A DNA stretch of 64,000 nt from a virus. Taxonomy: Duplodnaviria; Caudoviricetes. A program made the position numbers and the translations under genes. Positions 38,201-47,414 of the stretch are shown here, piece after piece. Below the pieces are notes generated by a model. The model saw only the letters and a program-made list of their open reading frames with translations. It was not told the DNA's origin and made no database searches. The stretch's first letter is position 1. The number at the start of each line of letters is the position of its first letter. The stretch is taken from positions 1 to 64,000 of the IMG/VR virus record IMGVR_UViG_2687453531_000003; one strand, 5' to 3'.

Positions 38201-38452
38201 CTCGAGGCGATCAACTCCAACGACCGGATTCCGAGCGGCGGCGCTGCGTCGAGCTCGTCCAGCGGTGCCACCGCTTCGGCCGGTCTCGCGCCAGAGGTCA
38301 ACATCTTCAACGCGCCGCCCGGCACCCAGGCAAACGTCAGGATGGAGAACGCCCAGTGGGTGCTCGACGTCGTGTGCGGGAGCATGGAAGGCGATGGCCA
38401 GGTACACCAGGTCATGGCCGGTAAATATGGCGTTACCACGGTGGGACGGTAA
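35171..38452 (+). CDS. Tape measure protein
   Basis: 1093 aa Ala-rich; LPAQITDI...LLQQGGQLKDMFGG lambda-H motif. Confidence 0.93.
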   Translation: MAEESRLSIIIDSRGAEKSATSLSDALDRVERSGDEAAGSTSRLSEVTVRLGSNMSKAAAATVASLSRIERATESTSSQMTALVSRAVALENAMSSVGQGIGRLDTGITQSNAQLAQLNTQMSHLVSTFSTFSQGQSAINAQLSRIAANMSRAADETQNLDQSTSRAGRGAREAASDLDAERAGLARLLGQINPTVAALDRLDDMQQRLTRYKNLRLVDAETVAEYTERLKAMRNALGDAEGGMNRTGMSAKALSANMRMLPAQITDIVVGLSSGQAPLTVLLQQGGQLKDMFGGIGPAARAVGGYIAGLVNPYTIAAAAAGVLALAFYQGSVESSRLTNALVKNGNAAGTTAGQLSVFAQQVGAGNATVAQAASALTQLAGAGNQLTILYPKIAAAAISWSKVTDQSVEEVVDSFNDLAKNPVDAVKKLDDQLNFLTASQYANIQSLQEQGRTMDAARLATEAYANALASRSTEMEQNLGVVEKAWNGLKSAAKSAWDAMLDIGRTESPEQQLQKVYKQIENAQKGIGRGGRAAFGLGISQPSLDALYKRAADLQAKIAADGAKNLEQATNNAIQAAGKKGIDTINTTFAAAQTQTEKLQKQLVELDKARKAAMEAGGFTAEEETKFAVARKNIEQQIADIKAREAKKSAPKTRGQNVGVREADNTASRLLAQYDPAGQAVRTLTKEQQQLDLAWRKGKITLDEYGKALAQASLNYAAAIKGAQGLTAAEQYQAQMERQLSIQRQQYAAQAAAVGMGSKEAERYQQRLQLEQQTNDRVLQLRTELAQATTEKQRQELQAQIDLTNEYLPQQVAAMEAGWAQMDAAMANPINGWTAAVQNFGAQAANVAGQTQSIFSSAFETLTSGISESITSLNFSLNTLGDLGKEVLKNIIAGFVKMGVQLAANAVLAMTLGASQTAATVAMAGTTAAAWAPAAAFASIATLGGAAIPASAALTSTTALASSLAVIPGLATGGMVNGAGTGTSDSNLRWLSNGEFVVNAEATRRNRSLLEAINSNDRIPSGGAASSSSSGATASAGLAPEVNIFNAPPGTQANVRMENAQWVLDVVCGSMEGDGQVHQVMAGKYGVTTVGR

Positions 38453-38922
38453 TGAGTGACGACATCATCAAATATCCGGCGCAACTGCCGCACCCGCTGC
38501 AACAGGGTTACGCCTTCGAGACGACGAACCCGAAGCTGTCGACTCCGATGGCTTCGGGCTACGTTCGAGAACGCCGGCGAACCCAGAGCGTACCCACCAG
38601 GGCGAAAGTCACCTGGAACATGGATAGCCAGCAGGCCGCCTTCTTCGAGGCGTGGTTCGCTCGCACCCTGGTGGACGGAACGAAGTGGTTCGAAGCGATG
38701 CTGCAGACGCCGCTTGGCTTCCTGCCGTACACCTGCCGGATTCTCGGGATGTACGAGGGCGCCGAACTGGTCCAGGTCAGGCGCTGGGAGTACAGCGCGA
38801 CGCTCGAACTGCGCGAACGCCCCCTGATGCCGCCAGGCTGGGAGGAGTTCCCGGACTACTGGTTCAACATGAACATCCTGGATCTCGGGATGAACCGCGA
38901 TGGCCACTGGCCGGAGGCATGA
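38452..38922 (+). CDS. Distal tail protein
   Basis: Synteny; FEAWF...L.DG..WF motif. Confidence 0.7.
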   Translation: MSDDIIKYPAQLPHPLQQGYAFETTNPKLSTPMASGYVRERRRTQSVPTRAKVTWNMDSQQAAFFEAWFARTLVDGTKWFEAMLQTPLGFLPYTCRILGMYEGAELVQVRRWEYSATLELRERPLMPPGWEEFPDYWFNMNILDLGMNRDGHWPEA

Positions 38923-38923
38923 G

Positions 38924-39409
38924 ATGGACCCACTCGAAGTTGCCTTCGCTTCGCCGGCCGACGAGGTGCTGATTCCAACCCTGGAGATCACCTGTGATGC
39001 CTGGCCGGCCCCGGTGTTGCTGACGCACGGCTACGACAATGTCACCGCCGGCACCGAGGATGGCCGAACTCTGACATTCGAGGCTGGAGGGATCGATGCC
39101 TCGTTGCCGAAGTCGGACAACACCGGGAACCAGACGATCACCTTTGCCATCGACGGCGTGACTGGAAAATCCCAGAACCTGATCCAGCAGGCCGTCGATG
39201 CAGAGAAGCGGGTCCGGCTGACCATGCGGCTCTACCTCAGCACGGACCTCTCCAGACCGAAGCGCGACTACCACATGACCGTCAAGAGCGGCGTGCTGGA
39301 GGTCGATCATGCCGAAATTCAGGCCGGCTACTTCGACCTGATTGGCACCCGCTGGCCCCGCGTCGACTTCAACTCCCAGAACGCACCCTGCATCAAGTAC
39401 GAAGGCTGA
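38924..39409 (+). CDS. Minor tail protein (DUF1833-like)
   Basis: Synteny; TLEI, WPR..F. Confidence 0.72.
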   Translation: MDPLEVAFASPADEVLIPTLEITCDAWPAPVLLTHGYDNVTAGTEDGRTLTFEAGGIDASLPKSDNTGNQTITFAIDGVTGKSQNLIQQAVDAEKRVRLTMRLYLSTDLSRPKRDYHMTVKSGVLEVDHAEIQAGYFDLIGTRWPRVDFNSQNAPCIKYEG

Positions 39410-39412
39410 TCC

Positions 39413-39826
39413 ATGCTCGATCGATATCTCGCCGCCGTCTACGAGGACGGCGGGCGCGAGCTGCCGCGCGTCGATTGCTGGGGACTCACCCGGCTGGCGC
39501 GTCATGAGCTCTACGGCCTGCCCATGCTCTCCAGCTTCGGGGAGGTGAGACATACCAGCCCGCACCATTTCCAGCGCGCCTACCAGCGCCAGGTCCAGGC
39601 CGCCCTGGAAGAGTGCGAACCGTTCGCCGGTGCCATCGCTGCCGGCATGGATGGGGCGGTCTGCGTCCACGTCGCCCTGGTCGTGGCCAGGGAAGGGCGG
39701 CTGCAAGTACTCGAAATCAATCCAGGGTCCGGCGCCCGCATGGTGCGCCTGCAGGACTTCCTCGAAAACTTCACCCGGGTGATCTTCTACCGTGATCGAA
39801 TTCTTCGCGAACAAGCTGGATCCTGA
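39413..39826 (+). CDS. NlpC/P60-like tail assembly protein
   Basis: Y.DGGR...DCWGL...HVAL. Confidence 0.8.
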   Translation: MLDRYLAAVYEDGGRELPRVDCWGLTRLARHELYGLPMLSSFGEVRHTSPHHFQRAYQRQVQAALEECEPFAGAIAAGMDGAVCVHVALVVAREGRLQVLEINPGSGARMVRLQDFLENFTRVIFYRDRILREQAGS

Positions 39827-42539
39827 GCCGCTGCGCCAGTACCCCGTCCGCGCGCGGATGCCAATCGACACCTGGTTGCGTGGGAACGTGGCGAGCTATC
39901 GCCGCAATCGGCGCCGCATCCGCCGGGGTGAGTTGAACCCGGTAAGCATCTCGGTCAACGGTCGGCTCGTCCACTTCAGCCGCTGGCGCGTGACCGAGAT
40001 CGGACCCGACGACGAGGTCCACATCTGGAAAGAGCCGAAGGGCATCGATCCGATCTCGATCACAATCGCCGCGATCAAGAGCGCCCAGGCGCTGTTTCGG
40101 TTGTTCATGCCTCGGATCAAGATGCCGAGCACCCAGAACCCGCGCCAGGGCGACCCGTTGGAGAGCGCGCGGACCAAGGCGAACCAGGTCCGCTACGGCG
40201 ACATCGTCCGGGAGGCGTTTGGCCGGAACAAGATCTACCCCGACTACATCGTCCCGCAATGCCGGCGTTTCCCCAGCGAGCGGACGGAGTGGGTCCAGAT
40301 GCTGCTGGCGGTCGGGATCGGCGACTACGAGATCCACGCCAGCGACATCATGATCGGCGACACCCCGATCATTTCGCTCGGCAATAACGCCCGCTACCGC
40401 ATCTATCGGCCGGGTGAGAGTGTGGCTGGCGACCCGGCTGCGGAGTGGTGGCACTCGGTTGCCGAGGTCGGCGCCACGGCGACGGGCACAGCGGGGATCG
40501 ACCTCCGTACAACCACCACGGTGGACCAGTCTGCGAACGCCCAGGCGTACCAGTTCGACGGCGACCTGGTCACCGTTCCCGTCGGGGCCGGCCAGTTCCC
40601 CACTGGCTGGGCTGCCGGGATGATCGTCCGCGTCGAAGTGATGTACCAGTACAACGTCACCGCAGGCACCGGAGTGGGCGGTCGAGACACAATCTCCGGC
40701 CCGCTCGCCCAGCTCGGCGCTTTCCCAGGCATGGTTATCGAGGTCACCGGGGCGAACGAAGGCATCTACGTCGTCAACAGCTACACCGCGCCGGCAGGGT
40801 CTACGCCAGCGTCGATGACGCTCAATACCACCAGCGGTGCCCCCGTTTCTGGGTTGCAGTACGGCACGGGCTGGGCGTGTATTGGCTACCGCGGGCTCCG
40901 GTACCGGATCACCGCTGCGAGCTCCAGCCAATTGGCGCTGGACCGGTTGACCGATACCGGCTCCGACGACACTGCTTGGCCTGGATTCGACTACATCGAG
41001 AGCAACTCGGCGGTCCTGAAACTGGACGGCTCCACGCTGGAGGGAGACTGGGCCGGCCCGTTCGCAGGGAACCCGGAGGCCGAGAAGGCCACCGCGATCG
41101 AGTTCGACTACATGTTCCCGCAAGGCCTCGGAGGGGTGGACAAGAAAGGGAGACTCTTCAACTGGCAGGTCGAGATCGAACTGCAGTGGCGCGACATGGC
41201 CCTGGCCGGCGCATGGACCTCCTACCGCGAGACCATCAGCCGAGCGACTCTGGATCAGATCGCGTTCACGCGCCGGATCAACCTGCCGTATGCAATGCGC
41301 CCTGAGGTCAGGATGCGTCGGATCGGCGCGAAGTCAACCGAGACCACCATTCAGGATACCGTGCAGTGGTACGGCCTACGGACAAGGCTGGCGAGCCCGT
41401 CGTCCTACCCCGGAATGACCGTCATTTCAGTGGCGGTCGCCGGCGGCGGCCGCTTGGGTGCGCAGTCCGAGAATCGGGTCTCGGTGATCGGTACCCGGAT
41501 ACTCCCGACGCGCCAGAACGGCGCGTGGACGGAGCCGCGGCCTGTCCGGGATCTGGTGGCGCCGTTCTGCTACGTCGCAAAGTCCGTTGGCTACGAGGAT
41601 GCAGACCTCGACCTGGTCGAGATCGATGCACTGGCCGATATCTGGGCGCAGCGAGGCGACACGTTCGATCACCAGTACGAGTCGACGTCGACGGTGAAGG
41701 AAGTGCTGGGCGATATCCTCGCCGCGGGATTCTCTGAACTGACCATTGGGCGCGGGCGGCTGCGTCCGGTTCGCGATGGGCTGCGCGAGGGTGTCGATCA
41801 TCTCTACACCACGCCGGCGGCGAATGGCGAGGTCTGGGCCTACTCGGCACAGAACATGAAAGGGTCGCTTTCCAGAACCTTCAGCACGCCAACCCCAGAC
41901 GACAACGACGGCGTCGACGTCGAGCACATCGACGGCCGAACATTCCAGAAACAGACGGTCAAGTGCCGCCTGCCTGGCCAGTTGGGGTTGAAGCCCGAGA
42001 AGGTCAGCGCTGTCGGGGTGAGCGATGTCAATAAGGCGTATCAGAAGGGCATGCGTCGAGCGGCAGAGCAGCGCTACCGGCGGTGGAACTACTCGTTCGA
42101 GACGGAGCTCGACGCGAACAACAGCGGCTATCTCAGCCTGGCCGCTGTGTCCGACGACACGCCGGGGAGTGGCCAGAGCGCATTCCTGAAGTCGATCGCC
42201 CCTCGTGACACTGGCTTTGTATTGGAGAGCAGCGAGCCTCTGGACTGGGCTGGTATGGAAACGGCCAGGGTTGCGCTTCGCAAGCCGGATGGTCGAGTAG
42301 ACGGCCCTTGGAGTGCATCGCGAATCGACGACCGCCGGATGCTGGTACCGTCACTCGGTTTCGTCCCTGACCTGTCCTGGGCGCGCGAGCCGCCGCATCT
42401 CCTGTTCGGTCGCATCCATCCAGTGCTGATAACCGGTGTGGACCCGAAGGGCCTCGAGAGCTGCTCTGTCCGCGGCGTGAACTACGACGAGAGGCTCTAC
42501 GTCAACGACAACGCCACCGCGCCGCCTGAGGCGGTCTGA
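39792..42539 (+). CDS. Tail tip/central hub protein (gpI/J-like)
   Basis: 915 aa; E.FGR.KIYPDY, NYDER.Y. Confidence 0.82.
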   Translation: MIEFFANKLDPEPLRQYPVRARMPIDTWLRGNVASYRRNRRRIRRGELNPVSISVNGRLVHFSRWRVTEIGPDDEVHIWKEPKGIDPISITIAAIKSAQALFRLFMPRIKMPSTQNPRQGDPLESARTKANQVRYGDIVREAFGRNKIYPDYIVPQCRRFPSERTEWVQMLLAVGIGDYEIHASDIMIGDTPIISLGNNARYRIYRPGESVAGDPAAEWWHSVAEVGATATGTAGIDLRTTTTVDQSANAQAYQFDGDLVTVPVGAGQFPTGWAAGMIVRVEVMYQYNVTAGTGVGGRDTISGPLAQLGAFPGMVIEVTGANEGIYVVNSYTAPAGSTPASMTLNTTSGAPVSGLQYGTGWACIGYRGLRYRITAASSSQLALDRLTDTGSDDTAWPGFDYIESNSAVLKLDGSTLEGDWAGPFAGNPEAEKATAIEFDYMFPQGLGGVDKKGRLFNWQVEIELQWRDMALAGAWTSYRETISRATLDQIAFTRRINLPYAMRPEVRMRRIGAKSTETTIQDTVQWYGLRTRLASPSSYPGMTVISVAVAGGGRLGAQSENRVSVIGTRILPTRQNGAWTEPRPVRDLVAPFCYVAKSVGYEDADLDLVEIDALADIWAQRGDTFDHQYESTSTVKEVLGDILAAGFSELTIGRGRLRPVRDGLREGVDHLYTTPAANGEVWAYSAQNMKGSLSRTFSTPTPDDNDGVDVEHIDGRTFQKQTVKCRLPGQLGLKPEKVSAVGVSDVNKAYQKGMRRAAEQRYRRWNYSFETELDANNSGYLSLAAVSDDTPGSGQSAFLKSIAPRDTGFVLESSEPLDWAGMETARVALRKPDGRVDGPWSASRIDDRRMLVPSLGFVPDLSWAREPPHLLFGRIHPVLITGVDPKGLESCSVRGVNYDERLYVNDNATAPPEAV

Positions 42540-42564
42540 CCGCCAACACATAACCCCCATGAAG

Positions 42565-42588
42565 AACCCCGCCCTGTGCGGGGTTTTT
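42565..42588 (+). terminator. Intrinsic terminator
   Basis: AACCCCGC-CCTGT-GCGGGGTTTTT. Confidence 0.75.
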
Positions 42589-42605
42589 GCTTTCTAGGAG
42601 CAGCC

Positions 42606-44285
42606 ATGCCCGTCCGTTACAACACCATGAACCCGGTCGAGCCGAATGGGTCTTCCGACTTCCGTGATCTGTCTGACAACACTGCGAACCTTGACCTTGC
42701 GATGAATGGCCAGGCCCTGACCTGGACGAATCGAATTGGAGGTGAAGAGAAGTCTTGGCGGGGCATTGTGCAGTGGATTGCCGATTGGCTCGCCGCGCAG
42801 GGATTCGAGCCAGGCTTCCTTGAGTATGTCGACGGCTCTCCGCTGATTGTTGATCGCCCGACCCAACTGATCCAGCGCGACGGGAATCTCTACAGCGTTA
42901 AGCGGCCAGCAGATTTCCCGGTCAGCCTCAACGGGAACTGGGCCACCGACCAGACCCTGCTGGTTGCCCAGGTCGACCGCTCGCTGCGTCAGCAGTTGAG
43001 AGCTCCGGGTGGCGCCGGAATGATCGGTTACGATCCGGCGGAAACGTACCCATCAGATACAATCGGCTACGAGGTAAATACCCTCGGGGCGCTCAAGGTT
43101 GTCGTAGTTACGAATTACGGCGCCACCGGCAACGGGACGACTGATGACACGGCGGCGATTCAGGCTGCCATTGCAGCAGCAGGGCCATATTCAGATGTCG
43201 TATTCCCGTCTGGAACTTACCTCATCACCTCTACGCTCACCTCGTTGACTGGTCAGCGCTGGCTTGGTAGAGGCGGCCAACGAGGCACTACGATCAAGAA
43301 GGGTGCCAACATCGACATGGTTGTTGTGGGCACCCTTTCCACCATTCTTGATATCAACCTCGAAGGCGTTGGTTCTACCTATACAGGAAAGGGGTTCAGG
43401 ATCGTCTCTGGATTTAGTCAAACGATCACAAGATGCCGTGCGGTAAATATGGGCGGTAACCCCATGTGGTTCGACGTTGATGCAGGTGGCGGGGCTAACG
43501 TGACATGTTTTGAAGGCTATCCAGTTGATCCAGATGCCTATGCAGGAATCCAGATTGCTGGTGATACTGGTGCTCATCCTAGATTTTTCCGAGGGATTTG
43601 GCTAAGTGGCGCTAACTTCGCGCTCGGTCCAGGCGGCGGTAATGGTGGGAGTCTGTCTGAGTTCTATATCAGAACTTTCGTATTTGATCCGACATCTACG
43701 CTTTTCCATATTTCAAATGGAAGGTGCTCTACTCCATCTACAACTATTAGGGGTTTTGACCATTCCATTGATGGGGTTGCATTTCCAGGGCCTTTAACCC
43801 TTGACTCTGCTCAAGGAATTAACTTCGGACCATCCTGCGGAATAAATAACAACTTCACCGAAGTCAACTCGCAATACAACGCTGTCTATATCCAGCGAAG
43901 GACCTACACTCCAACGTGGAAGCAGTCTACTGCTACACCATCGATAGGAAATGGCACTCTCACCGGGAATTTCGTCAGGTCTGGTCATATGTGCCACCTC
44001 CAGCTTGAGCTTATTGCTGGGTCCACCACGACCTTTGGAGATAGTGCCTCAGCTTATAGGTTTTCGTTACCCTTCCCAGGGCATCTGTCGTTTAATCAAC
44101 GTGGCTTCCCTGTAAGAATCTATGATTCGAGTGCAGGGGCTGATTTCACTGGGTGGGCGAGCATTGCGGCCGGTTCTTCAGAGTTTACGATCTCTTTCGG
44201 GGGACAGCAGGTTAGGGCGTCTTCGCCCATGACCTGGGCAAGCGGAGACACCTTGCAGTGCTCATTTTCGTACATGGTTAGGTAG
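42606..44285 (+). CDS. Tailspike / beta-helix polysaccharide-binding depolymerase
   Basis: N-terminal virion-attachment domain then YGATGNGTTDDTAAIQAAI...FPSGTYL pectate-lyase-3-like start; GC drops in C-terminal part. Confidence 0.85.
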   Translation: MPVRYNTMNPVEPNGSSDFRDLSDNTANLDLAMNGQALTWTNRIGGEEKSWRGIVQWIADWLAAQGFEPGFLEYVDGSPLIVDRPTQLIQRDGNLYSVKRPADFPVSLNGNWATDQTLLVAQVDRSLRQQLRAPGGAGMIGYDPAETYPSDTIGYEVNTLGALKVVVVTNYGATGNGTTDDTAAIQAAIAAAGPYSDVVFPSGTYLITSTLTSLTGQRWLGRGGQRGTTIKKGANIDMVVVGTLSTILDINLEGVGSTYTGKGFRIVSGFSQTITRCRAVNMGGNPMWFDVDAGGGANVTCFEGYPVDPDAYAGIQIAGDTGAHPRFFRGIWLSGANFALGPGGGNGGSLSEFYIRTFVFDPTSTLFHISNGRCSTPSTTIRGFDHSIDGVAFPGPLTLDSAQGINFGPSCGINNNFTEVNSQYNAVYIQRRTYTPTWKQSTATPSIGNGTLTGNFVRSGHMCHLQLELIAGSTTTFGDSASAYRFSLPFPGHLSFNQRGFPVRIYDSSAGADFTGWASIAAGSSEFTISFGGQQVRASSPMTWASGDTLQCSFSYMVR

Positions 44286-44349
44286 GTTCGAGTCGCCACA
44301 GGGATGTGGCTATCGGCTACAATCGGCGCCTGTCAATCTGGAGGACGCC

Positions 44350-45606
44350 ATGTACGCGATGCTAACCGGGGTAACCCTGCTCATTTTTTCAGTGGTTGCA
44401 AGGCTTCTAGCGCGTAGCGCCATACACCCCTCGGTCGCTATGCCAGTCACCTGGGGGTTAGGCCTTCTCGGAGTCAGCCTAGCATCTATGATAGGTTTCT
44501 ATCCTGTCGAGTCCGACGCTCTGCTTATTTTCCTCGCAGGTGTCCTTTCGTTTTCACTCTCGTCCGCATTTTTCTCTTTCATCTACAATTCATATACTCC
44601 TCCATATAGCTACAATGTTCTTTTCGATAGAGATCTGCGCGCTAAATCTCTAGTTTTTTTCTTCTGTGTAGCACACCTGTTTTTTCTCACAGTAATCTAC
44701 AGAGATTTGTCTTCTATTGCTCCAACTCTGCGCGAAGCGGCATATATGGTTCGTGCGCAGTCAGTATCAGGTGAGCCACTCCTCAGTTCTTTGTCTCTAA
44801 ATTATCTTCAGCTTGGTCAAACAGTAATACCTCTTGTGGTATTGCTTTATTTGCGCGGGAAATGCGGGGCTATAGGCATGCTGTCTGTTTCTGCTCCATG
44901 GATGGCTGTCATACTTCTGGCAAGCGGTAGATCATCTCTTATGCAGATGCTTGTCGGGTTGTTCTTTATTTATGTTCTGGTAAAGGGTCGTCCATCCATC
45001 AAGAGCATTCTCGTGATAGGTGCGGCAATGTTCTTGGTAATTGCTGTTGGTGCAGTTGCAACGTCTAAGATCCAGTTTCACGAAGGTGATGGAATCTCTA
45101 CCTTATTCGTTGAGCTTTACCGTCACGTTGCTGGGTATGCTTTGCAGGGCCCTGTTTTATTTGATAGGTACTATCAGGGGCTGATTCAGGTTGAACCTCA
45201 TTGGTCGCCTTTTAACGGTCTTTGCAGTATGGGTTATATATTGGGCTTGTGTGATAAGCCTATTCAGCATCTAGATTTTTACGCTTATGCTCCAGGCGAG
45301 CTTGGAAACGTATACTCAGTATTCTTCTCTATGTACCCTCACTATGGTGTTTTAGGTGTGGTTTTCTTTATGTCTGTTTATGGCATGGTTTGCTCGTATG
45401 CATACTGTAAAGCCAAGAAGGGTAGTCTGTACTTCACAATTCTCTCCTCGTACTTCTTTTCTGCAATCGTGTTTTCCCTGTTTAGTGACCAGATATCCAC
45501 CTCATGGTGGTTCTACGTCAAAATGACGATCATTCTGGGAGTCCTGTGCTTCGTGTTTAAGCGTGACAGGATGTTTGTGATACGCCTTCCGCAGAAAGCC
45601 AACTGA
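44350..45606 (+). CDS. wzy: O-antigen polymerase (Wzy; probable Wzy-beta serotype conversion)
   Basis: 418 aa, ~10-11 TM, low GC, GNVYSVF..MY..YG motif; after tailspike as in seroconverting phages. Confidence 0.85.
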   Translation: MYAMLTGVTLLIFSVVARLLARSAIHPSVAMPVTWGLGLLGVSLASMIGFYPVESDALLIFLAGVLSFSLSSAFFSFIYNSYTPPYSYNVLFDRDLRAKSLVFFFCVAHLFFLTVIYRDLSSIAPTLREAAYMVRAQSVSGEPLLSSLSLNYLQLGQTVIPLVVLLYLRGKCGAIGMLSVSAPWMAVILLASGRSSLMQMLVGLFFIYVLVKGRPSIKSILVIGAAMFLVIAVGAVATSKIQFHEGDGISTLFVELYRHVAGYALQGPVLFDRYYQGLIQVEPHWSPFNGLCSMGYILGLCDKPIQHLDFYAYAPGELGNVYSVFFSMYPHYGVLGVVFFMSVYGMVCSYAYCKAKKGSLYFTILSSYFFSAIVFSLFSDQISTSWWFYVKMTIILGVLCFVFKRDRMFVIRLPQKAN

Positions 45607-45644
45607 TATCGTAAAGTCTTCGTCAACGTTCATGAGGGTCTGGT

Positions 45645-45992
45645 GTGGCTAAAAAGGGAATCGACTCAGCGATCATCCATGCGAAGCGGATGACTAAGCT
45701 GAATAGCGCGTCCAGCAGCTACGGTTGCAGGACTTTGTTTATGCATCTGTCGGCCCTTCGTCCAGATACCCGAACCTCTCATGCGGCAAGGCATGGAAAG
45801 CTTTTCACTGCTGATCAGGTAAGGGAGTGGTATGCGCGTGATGGCAATTCAGAGGGATGCAGGTGCTCACTCGTTGAGGTCCTCGTAGACGAGCAGGGTG
45901 TCCCCCTGACCCCCATGCTGGTTGAGCGTGCGCGTCAGACTTTCGAAAATATGAAGGCGAAGGGGCGCGGCGACTGGACAAGAGAACTGTGA
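45645..45992 (+). CDS. Stand-alone C-terminal domain of gp7/gpF-like head morphogenesis protein
   Basis: HLSAL.P.TR.SHAARHGK...CRC. Confidence 0.65.
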   Translation: MAKKGIDSAIIHAKRMTKLNSASSSYGCRTLFMHLSALRPDTRTSHAARHGKLFTADQVREWYARDGNSEGCRCSLVEVLVDEQGVPLTPMLVERARQTFENMKAKGRGDWTREL

Positions 45993-46009
45993 CATTGAGT
46001 GATCTCAGC

Positions 46010-46038
46010 AGCCCGGCCAAGAGCCGGGCTTTTTATTT
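46010..46038 (+). terminator. Intrinsic terminator closing wzy moron
   Basis: AGCCCGGC-CAAGA-GCCGGGCT-TTTTATTT. Confidence 0.85.
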
Positions 46039-46049
46039 CAGGAGAACGT

Positions 46050-46679
46050 ATGCCCATCACCGAGCAGCAATTGCTGCGCATTTTTCCCAACGCCGGCCCT
46101 CGCGCCGGCGTTTTTGTTGGTGCGCTGAACCGCGGGATGACGCGGTTCGGTATCACGTCGCCGGTGCGCGCGGCGGCATTCCTCGCCCAGGTCGGCCACG
46201 AGAGCGCCCAACTGACCCACCTGGTGGAGAGCCTCAACTACAGTGCGCGTGGCTTGGCGGCGACCTGGCCGAGCCGGTACCGCGATGCCGACGGCCAGCC
46301 CAATGCTCTGGCGCAGCGCGTGGCGCGGAACCCCAGGGCCATCGCCAACAACGCCTACGCCTCGCGCAACGGCAATGGGGACGAGGCGTCGGGCGACGGC
46401 TGGCGTTTCCGCGGGCGTGGGCTGCTGCAGATCACCGGCCGGGCGAACTACCGCGCCGCCGGCGCCGGGCTGGGCCAGCCGCTGGAGCAGGAGCCCGAGC
46501 TTCTCGAGCAACCGGAGTGGGCGGCGATCTCGGCGGCCTGGTGGTGGTCGACGCACGGCCTCAACGAGTTGGCCGACCGCGGCGAGTTCGCCGCCATCAC
46601 CCGTCGGATCAACGGTGGACTCAACGGCCATGCGGAGCGCCTGGCGTTGTGGGCGCGCGCAAAGGCGGTGCTGGCATGA
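46050..46679 (+). CDS. Endolysin, glycoside hydrolase family 19
   Basis: FLAQVGHES, E.LNYSA, FRGRGLLQITGRANY, RRINGG. Confidence 0.95.
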   Translation: MPITEQQLLRIFPNAGPRAGVFVGALNRGMTRFGITSPVRAAAFLAQVGHESAQLTHLVESLNYSARGLAATWPSRYRDADGQPNALAQRVARNPRAIANNAYASRNGNGDEASGDGWRFRGRGLLQITGRANYRAAGAGLGQPLEQEPELLEQPEWAAISAAWWWSTHGLNELADRGEFAAITRRINGGLNGHAERLALWARAKAVLA

Positions 46680-47056
46680 CCTGGCTCCTCAGCTACTGGA
46701 AGCCCCTGGCCCTGGTGCTGGCCGTGCTGCTGATGGTCGTCGCCGGCGCCAGCCTGGGCGCCTGGCTGACCGCCGGGCACTACCGGCCTCAGCTCGACCA
46801 GGCCGCCCAGGACCTGACGGCCTGTCGCGCGGCCCGGGGCAACCTGGAGTCCCTGGTAGGCCAGCAGAACGCGGCCATCGCCGGCCTGGCTGATCAGGCC
46901 GAGCAGCGCCAGGCGAAGGCCGCCCAGGCGGTTGTCGATGCTCAGCAGCAGGCAGGCCAGCGCTTCGCCGCCGCGCAGCGCCTGCAGCAGGAGCGCGCCG
47001 AGGGTGATCAGTGCGCAGCGGCAGAGGCGGTCATCGACAAGGAGCTGGGGCTATGA
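46676..47056 (+). CDS. Rz-like i-spanin
   Basis: N-terminal TM + coiled coil, ATGA overlap with endolysin. Confidence 0.82.
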   Translation: MTWLLSYWKPLALVLAVLLMVVAGASLGAWLTAGHYRPQLDQAAQDLTACRAARGNLESLVGQQNAAIAGLADQAEQRQAKAAQAVVDAQQQAGQRFAAAQRLQQERAEGDQCAAAEAVIDKELGL

Positions 47057-47379
47057 AGCTGCAGGCGTGGCGAAAGACTGCAGGTGCAGCGATTTCCGGC
47101 AGGTGCAGCCGAAAGGTGCAGGTGGTGCAGGTGCTGGGGTTGGTGTTCGCGCTGGCGGGATGCGCCGGCCAGGTGGAGCCTGAGCCGCACACGGTGCGCG
47201 TAGAAGTGCCAGTGGCGGTGCCGTGCCGGGTGCCGGCGGTGGAGGTGCCGGCTTGGGCAACTACTGGGCTGCGAAAAGGCGACGACTTGCAGACCAAGGT
47301 CCGCGCGCTGCTCGCCGAACGCTTGCAGCGGATCGGGTATGAGGCGCAACTGCTTGCAGCCAACAGGGCATGCCAGTAG
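47053..47379 (+). CDS. Rz1-like o-spanin lipoprotein (start may be internal)
   Basis: Lipobox LAGC, Pro/Val-rich segment. Confidence 0.8.
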   Translation: MKLQAWRKTAGAAISGRCSRKVQVVQVLGLVFALAGCAGQVEPEPHTVRVEVPVAVPCRVPAVEVPAWATTGLRKGDDLQTKVRALLAERLQRIGYEAQLLAANRACQ

Positions 47380-47414
47380 GAGTAGACTACGGCCTTTTCC
47401 TACGGAGCAGGGCG

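Noticed and set aside
42606-46050. Diversity-generating retroelement or invertible tail-fibre cassette
   Set aside because: No reverse transcriptase, invertase or template/variable repeat pair seen
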